From a virus, in the IMG/VR virus record IMGVR_UViG_3300010413_002638, positions 48,805 through 112,804 of that record: a DNA stretch of 64,000 nucleotides. One strand, given 5' to 3'. Position 1 is the stretch's first letter. Each line of letters starts with the position of its first letter. Shown here one piece after another: positions 58,371 through 64,000 of this stretch. The translations under genes and the position numbers were made by a program. The notes below the pieces were generated by a model, which saw only the letters and a program-made list of their open reading frames with translations, was not told the DNA's origin and ran no database searches.

Positions 58371-59922
58371 AGTACTCATTCCGTCAGCCGGTCTAGGCAC
58401 TCGACTCGGGCCACACTGTGCTCATCTCAACAAAGCGATGGTCGCAGTCAACAACAAACCAGTCATATCTTATATCATAGAAAAATTTCCAGTCGATACA
58501 GTTATCGTGGTAGCTTTAGGTTACAAAGGTGATCTGCTTCGACAATTCTTGATGTGCGCGTATCCAGACAGATACTTTCTATTTGTAGAAATCGACCCAT
58601 TTGAAGGTGAAGGCTCAGGTCTCGGCTATTCGATACTGCAATGCAGAGATTTATTGGATTGTCCATTTGTCTTTTGTGCCAATGACACTATCGTCCTGGA
58701 AGAGGTACCGGAGCCGACAGAAAATTGGATCGGTGTCAGTTATATTAATGATATTACCAATTACCGAACTGTCTCATTACGCGACGATAAAGTAATCTCC
58801 CTGAACGAGAAAGGTACGCCCGGCCTAGGATTGTTGCCGTATATTGGCCTGGCAGGAATCGCAGACTATGAAAAATTCTGGGCAGAAATGGAAAGTGGAC
58901 GTAATTACGGCTCCATTACAGAAGGAGAAAGTTACGGTCTCAAGCACCTCATAAGCACTTGCTCCACGACAGTCAAAGAATTCACATGGTATGACATCGG
59001 CAACCTCCAACAATTAGAGAACACAGAAAAATATTTCCGCACCGAGCATTCACCAGCGATCCTGCCCAAAGTAGGCGAGGCAATCTGGTTCGTCAACAAG
59101 AGAGTGATCAAATATTCAGCCGATACTGAATTTATCTCCAAGCGAGCCAAGAGAGCCAAGTTACTTAACGGTTTTGTGCCAGAAATAATATATTCTACCG
59201 ACAACATGTATGCCTATCGTGAGGTGGCAGGGCAGACATTAGCACGAGTTTGTAATGCTACGATCTTTCGGAATTTTTTGAATTTCATGCGTGGGTTATG
59301 GGTACAAGTCGATAATCCGGATTTGAAAGAACAATGCGAAATTTTTTATCGCGATAAAACCATCAAAAGAATAGAGCAGTATTTCGCTAGATTTCCAGAT
59401 CAGATCGACGCTCGCGAAACAATCAATGGCGTGACTATCCCCAAGATGGAAACCTTTATCCAACGATTAGACTGGGACAATATCTGCAACGGAGTGTCAT
59501 GCCAAATCCACGGCGATCTTCATTTCGAAAATATTTTGCTGACCGAGACCGGCACATTTGTATTGCTCGATTGGCGACAAGACTTCGGTACTAAATTGAA
59601 TAACTTTGATATTTATTACGATTTTGCCAAACTATTACATGGGTTGATCGTATCCCACGAGATCGTGCAACAAGGGCGCTTTTTATACCACGAAGATAAC
59701 GGCATTGTGGATATTGATATTCCCATTTCATTTCGCCTGCTTGAATTCCAACGCATCTTGGAGGAATTCGCACTAAATCTGCAACTGTCGTGGGATAAAA
59801 TCAGGCTACTCACAGCGATCGTTTTCATCAACAATGCCCCACTTCATGAAGAGATGTATGGCAAGTTCCTATTTCATCTCGGAAAGTATCTGTTATGGAG
59901 CGGAATGAACTCCCATTGCTGA
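58363..59922 (+). CDS. fusion of a nucleotidyltransferase and an APH/choline-kinase-like domain
   Basis: AGLGTRL..NKAM and WYDIG; C-terminal IHGDLHFENIL, LDWR and YYDFAKL. Confidence 0.88.
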   Translation: MYKVLIPSAGLGTRLGPHCAHLNKAMVAVNNKPVISYIIEKFPVDTVIVVALGYKGDLLRQFLMCAYPDRYFLFVEIDPFEGEGSGLGYSILQCRDLLDCPFVFCANDTIVLEEVPEPTENWIGVSYINDITNYRTVSLRDDKVISLNEKGTPGLGLLPYIGLAGIADYEKFWAEMESGRNYGSITEGESYGLKHLISTCSTTVKEFTWYDIGNLQQLENTEKYFRTEHSPAILPKVGEAIWFVNKRVIKYSADTEFISKRAKRAKLLNGFVPEIIYSTDNMYAYREVAGQTLARVCNATIFRNFLNFMRGLWVQVDNPDLKEQCEIFYRDKTIKRIEQYFARFPDQIDARETINGVTIPKMETFIQRLDWDNICNGVSCQIHGDLHFENILLTETGTFVLLDWRQDFGTKLNNFDIYYDFAKLLHGLIVSHEIVQQGRFLYHEDNGIVDIDIPISFRLLEFQRILEEFALNLQLSWDKIRLLTAIVFINNAPLHEEMYGKFLFHLGKYLLWSGMNSHC

Positions 59923-60587
59923 GAGATCTGGTGATTCTCAACGAATGCCGAAAGATAGTAGAAGTAGGGGTCTGGGAAGGGCAGGCCACTAGTTTTCTTT
60001 GTCAAGCTGCCATCCAAACCGGTGGCCACGTCTGGGGATTTGACTGTTGGGCAAGACATGGATTACGCGGACAATTTCGGCCTCGTGGAACAGCCGCACC
60101 AGAAGCAGTCATCGCCAAATTAGCAGCCCAACAAATCTCACCGGAAATCTATGACCTAATCAAGATTGACACAAGAGCCGAGAATATCAAGTTCCGACAG
60201 TATCTTGTTGATAATTGTGCACCAATTGACTTCTGTTTCATAGACGGGTGTCACTCTTACGTTGGTGTGAGCAACGATTTCTTTACTGTCTACCCTCTCT
60301 TGTCCGAGACCGGTGTTATCGCATTTCATGACACCTACGTCATTGATGGTTGTAGAGAATTCATGCTCGACCTGCGGACTAAATATTACGACGGTACATA
60401 TGATATAGTTGATTTCCCCTTCGGATTCGGCAAAAGAAATTGTGGTATCAGTTTGTTGGTCAAGCGATCATACCACAAACTAGGCAGACCAATGGACGAA
60501 GTCTGCAATCTAGAGGACAAGCGCGAAGAAATAGAGAGACGCGAACGTGAGTATTTCCGGGAGCAAGAGAGATTATACCAATCCTAG
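59895..60587 (+). CDS. class I SAM-dependent methyltransferase (Methyltransf_24-like)
   Basis: VEVGVWEG, FIDGCHSY and AFHD motifs. Confidence 0.88.
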   Translation: MERNELPLLRDLVILNECRKIVEVGVWEGQATSFLCQAAIQTGGHVWGFDCWARHGLRGQFRPRGTAAPEAVIAKLAAQQISPEIYDLIKIDTRAENIKFRQYLVDNCAPIDFCFIDGCHSYVGVSNDFFTVYPLLSETGVIAFHDTYVIDGCREFMLDLRTKYYDGTYDIVDFPFGFGKRNCGISLLVKRSYHKLGRPMDEVCNLEDKREEIERREREYFREQERLYQS

Positions 60588-61530
60588 CCTATTCATAAGC
60601 CCCATATCTAAAAATATCATCGACGCAGTATTATATTGTCGCAACGCCTACGACTTCAACATCGGGATGGCAGCCACTCGCCGCCAAATAGACAATAAAC
60701 ATTACTACGTGCTCGACACCTACCAATTCGTAGAATATGCTACAACAATAGCAGATATAGTGCTGGAACGTGACCATGGCGGACCCTGGCAGGGCGGCGT
60801 CAAAGACGACGGAGTCGTATCTATCGCTAACGACGTAGAATGTGGCATTGGTCTTATTCACTTAGACCCATTTAAAGCATTTCCAGATATTATCGCAGCC
60901 GCTAATTGGACCAACAACATGATCCAGTATGTTGAGGATAGAAACGATCATGTCCGATTCGAAGTGGGTACAGAAGAAGCAATAAAACCGTACAAACTCA
61001 ATGATCTGGCCACTTTTGTGGCGTTTCTGCACCCCAAGCTATACAAAGTGGATTACATTGTCGTGCAAACTGGGGCCAAAATTCAAGGCCGAAGCAATAC
61101 AGATACATTAGATCCCGACAAAGCCAGAGAAATGATCGACTTTTGCCACGCGAACGGAGCAAGAGCCAAAGAACACAACGGCGACTTTTTATCGGATGAG
61201 TCTATTAAACAGAGGTTTCAGCTCGGGTTAGACGCAATCAACATAGGGCCAGAGTTAGGGTTGCTTGAAACAGCCACCATCCTGGACACCATATCACCAC
61301 AGGACGCTGAAATACTGACTACTCTGTTCGTAGACAGCGATAAATGGAAGCGTTGGCTGCCAGAAGATAGTCCCAGATCAGAAAAAGCTGAGTTTGCGGG
61401 GCATTATCTCTACAGTAATCAAACATTTTTGCGAATCAAGTATAAATACCCAACACTAGACCATCTAATCACTATTCGCCTAATAAATAAAATCAAAACC
61501 AGATACGAGGCCACATTATGCGAAAAGTAA
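60547..61530 (+). CDS. GatZ/KbaZ (tagatose-phosphate epimerase)-like TIM barrel
   Basis: ATRRQID, RDHGGPWQ, IHLDP, EVGTEE, KEHNGD and NIGPE motifs. Confidence 0.75.
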   Translation: MSISGSKRDYTNPSLFISPISKNIIDAVLYCRNAYDFNIGMAATRRQIDNKHYYVLDTYQFVEYATTIADIVLERDHGGPWQGGVKDDGVVSIANDVECGIGLIHLDPFKAFPDIIAAANWTNNMIQYVEDRNDHVRFEVGTEEAIKPYKLNDLATFVAFLHPKLYKVDYIVVQTGAKIQGRSNTDTLDPDKAREMIDFCHANGARAKEHNGDFLSDESIKQRFQLGLDAINIGPELGLLETATILDTISPQDAEILTTLFVDSDKWKRWLPEDSPRSEKAEFAGHYLYSNQTFLRIKYKYPTLDHLITIRLINKIKTRYEATLCEK

Positions 61531-61865
61531 TTTTTCTCGATATTGATGGTACAATTCTCCGCCACCCTAACGCCGGTTTGTCATCGGTCCTCACAGAACA
61601 ACCGGAAGTGTTGCCAGGCACGATCGAAAAGTTCAATGAATGGGAAGCAAAACAATATAGAATAATACTTATCACTGGACGCGCGGAGAGCATGCGGAAG
61701 TTCACAGAAGACCAATTACAATCGCTAGGCATATTCTATAGTGCCTTGATAATGGAAGTAACTGGTGATAGGATATTGGTAAACGACAAAAAACCAGACG
61801 GGCGAGAAGCAGCACTCGCGATCAATATTGACAGAAATCAAGGTATCAGGGAGCTGAATATATGA
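61518..61865 (+). CDS. HAD-family phosphatase
   Basis: FLDIDGTI, ITGR and VND motifs. Confidence 0.85.
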   Translation: MRKVIFLDIDGTILRHPNAGLSSVLTEQPEVLPGTIEKFNEWEAKQYRIILITGRAESMRKFTEDQLQSLGIFYSALIMEVTGDRILVNDKKPDGREAALAINIDRNQGIRELNI

Positions 61866-62314
61866 GCAAGGAAAAGCCCAAACGCCGAAAAGAGCCACAC
61901 CCAACCTTCTTCGTGCTCGAAGGAGCAATCCGCTGCTATGAAGACGGATCTATGCTAGAACTATATTCTCAGATCAAGTCGGATGAGTGGGAGGTAATAG
62001 TCTCCGAGACCGTCCATTACAAAGTCTTCCTTGAATGTTTAAAACAAGTAGCTTGCCCGATTCTCGAAGAACCCTGGACGAAAGAAGATGATTATTTCCT
62101 AGTCCAGATGGAAGTAGCCGTGTCCCGTATGCGCAATATTGATGCGTTGTTGGTTGCCAGCATCGACCAGAAGAAAATACTGCGGGCCTATACTAAAAAG
62201 GCCCAAGTGAATGCACAAGCACTAAAAGCGGAAATTAACGAACTTAAGCAGCAGCGAGCCAAACTATTGCTAGATCTACAGGATGGGGACATCACAAAAG
62301 TGTCAGATCTCTAG
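61862..62314 (+). CDS. hypothetical protein with C-terminal coiled coil
   Basis: 150 aa ORF. Confidence 0.6.
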   Translation: MSKEKPKRRKEPHPTFFVLEGAIRCYEDGSMLELYSQIKSDEWEVIVSETVHYKVFLECLKQVACPILEEPWTKEDDYFLVQMEVAVSRMRNIDALLVASIDQKKILRAYTKKAQVNAQALKAEINELKQQRAKLLLDLQDGDITKVSDL

Positions 62315-62356
62315 TACTCAAATCTAAAAATAGATTCCTCCCCATACGAGGTTAAT

Positions 62357-64000
62357 ATGAGTACTGACCCGTTCGATGATGTCAAACGACCGATCTCAGG
62401 TGAATACCAAGAGATATCTCAATCTACCTTTGTGGAACTAATATCCGCTAAGAGAGAGTATATTTCGCCAGTCATAAGATCAGCAACTCCCTCCGTCAAT
62501 AATTCCTTGGCACGAGTAGCCTTCGGTCGCAGCTGTGCTGGTACCACCAAAGATCCGTCCACGCACAATCAGATAATTGCTATCCCTCAACAAACACAAA
62601 GCCTATCTTATACGCTACAAGCCGATGCCCAAGCATACCACAAAAAGGTCGCCGGATTGGCAGCTGCCAAATCCAACACTGACATTCGATCATTAGTGTT
62701 CAATTCCTTAGTGGCCGGTGTTTGCCCGCTTATGCCGGAAGATCCATGCTTTGAGGCACCCTGCCCCATTGATTTTGTACTATGTCTTGATAATTCTAGA
62801 AATGGACTTCCTTCTTTTGATAATGTAAAACAAGGTATTGAAGACTTCATCTTCGCGTTGGCCGATGTAGTCGATGAGAATATGCGATTGGGGATAGTAA
62901 CATTCGCGGATTATCTATCAGTTAAACGATATCTTTGGTATACACATGTAGCTGGGCGTACCGAATACCAGTGTATAGATGCCCTAAATGGCTTCGTCAG
63001 CATACTGCGATATCTGGAACTTCAACCACATGGTTATGATCCAACAATAGGTAATTGGTCTGCTCATGCTGTGCGGAGAGTACTGGAAGGCTTATGTGGC
63101 CCCTGGCGTGTACCATCCACAGTTGCCTATCCAATCAACAAAATCATCATGGTGGTCACACCAACATATAACGACGATTATACTGGTGATACGGCACTCA
63201 GTGCTGCTATACATGCCAGAGATTGTGGCGTCAAAGTAATCTACGTACTAGTGCCAGCTGGTGAATTGTTTACACCACCCAAAGATCCGGCAATCATCGA
63301 AACGATGATTGCAGAAGGAGAAACTTATGAAGCCTATACTGGTGGCCCATTTATTCATGTCAACGCCAATGGTACTGGTATTCCCGAAGCTTTAGAATCT
63401 TGGGTTGACTTGCAATGCGATGTTGACGTTGATCCTTGTGTGCCGGGAGAGGACGACGTTTGTTCGGTGGACCTGGCCATTGTCTTGGACGACACCGGAA
63501 GCATGAGTGGTACTATTAATGGCCTGAAGGACGGTATCCCGGAAGTAATCAGCATATTGCAAGAAGCTATAGGTAACAACTTTCGATTGTCGTTGACTAC
63601 TTTCAAGGATAACGTCACAACACGCGAACCATTTAGTAATAAATGTGGTACTGACTCATATAACGCTTTCACGGCGGCTCTAAGCCCAGTTTATGCTTCT
63701 GGTGGCGGTGGTATTGATGAGTATTCTGCTGCGGCCATCAAGCATGTTGCTGAGGGCAATTCAGGCGCGTGGCGTACCAGCGCCTTACGTGCTATGTTGG
63801 TGCTGACAGATGCACCAAACAACATCAGTTCTGGCGTCACCTATATTCAGGCTGCAGCAGCAGCCGCAGCCCAGGGCATTAAAATAGCGTATGCTGGAAC
63901 GCCATTTCATGACGCCACGCAGCGAACCGAAGGTGAGTATTATGCTGCTACCACAGAGGGTATTGTCGTAGAGACCAACAACGCTGGTGACAACCTAAAG
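62357..64000 (+). CDS. large protein with tandem vWA domains, running off the window end (absent from the ORF track)
   Basis: GAGG RBS and ATG at 62357; my translation gives IDFVLCLDNS...LGIVTFAD, then VDLAIVLDDTGSM...LTTFKD...VLTDA. Confidence 0.8.
   Translation, partial: MSTDPFDDVKRPISGEYQEISQSTFVELISAKREYISPVIRSATPSVNNSLARVAFGRSCAGTTKDPSTHNQIIAIPQQTQSLSYTLQADAQAYHKKVAGLAAAKSNTDIRSLVFNSLVAGVCPLMPEDPCFEAPCPIDFVLCLDNSRNGLPSFDNVKQGIEDFIFALADVVDENMRLGIVTFADYLSVKRYLWYTHVAGRTEYQCIDALNGFVSILRYLELQPHGYDPTIGNWSAHAVRRVLEGLCGPWRVPSTVAYPINKIIMVVTPTYNDDYTGDTALSAAIHARDCGVKVIYVLVPAGELFTPPKDPAIIETMIAEGETYEAYTGGPFIHVNANGTGIPEALESWVDLQCDVDVDPCVPGEDDVCSVDLAIVLDDTGSMSGTINGLKDGIPEVISILQEAIGNNFRLSLTTFKDNVTTREPFSNKCGTDSYNAFTAALSPVYASGGGGIDEYSAAAIKHVAEGNSGAWRTSALRAMLVLTDAPNNISSGVTYIQAAAAAAAQGIKIAYAGTPFHDATQRTEGEYYAATTEGIVVETNNAGDNLK

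Noticed and set aside
1-64000. Stop-codon recoding (alternative genetic code)
   Set aside because: Conserved genes are full-length under the standard code, and TAA, TAG and TGA all end genes at coupled junctions.
1-64000. Bacterial chromosome origin of the window
   Set aside because: T4-like gp46/gp47/gp55 analogs, many orphan ORFs, and no housekeeping operons favour a large phage. No capsid or terminase gene is in this window, so this remains an inference.

Overview
This window looks like part of a large (jumbo-type) dsDNA phage genome that uses the standard genetic code. It is gene-dense, with no rRNA, tRNA or CRISPR seen. Replication and repair genes: a family C DNA polymerase (DnaE) split into two intein-free genes, family 4 UDG, an Mre11/Rad50 (SbcD/SbcC, gp47/gp46-like) pair, a DinG/XPD helicase and HNH endonucleases. 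Transcription genes: three sigma-like factors (one T4 gp55-like) and a stand-alone RNAP alpha-CTD. It also carries an actin-family ATPase, collagen-like and vWA proteins, and two large glycosylation/methylation cassettes (about 12.7-24.4 kb and 50.4-61.9 kb). Highlights: (1) a candidate phage RiPP cluster made of a radical SAM/SPASM enzyme, two tandem Cys-rich precursor-like peptides under strong purifying selection, and a PaaK-like ligase; (2) a PurZ-type (2-aminoadenine, Z-base) synthetase with no DatZ, MazZ or DpoZ nearby but flanked by an N-deoxyribosyltransferase, a DeoC-like and a TIM-barrel gene; (3) the split DnaE with a duplicated degenerate segment; (4) two structured non-coding regions; (5) a shared M(K/R)Lxx(I)xE N-terminus, including on a sigma factor. 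All calls come from motif recognition by eye; no database searches were run.
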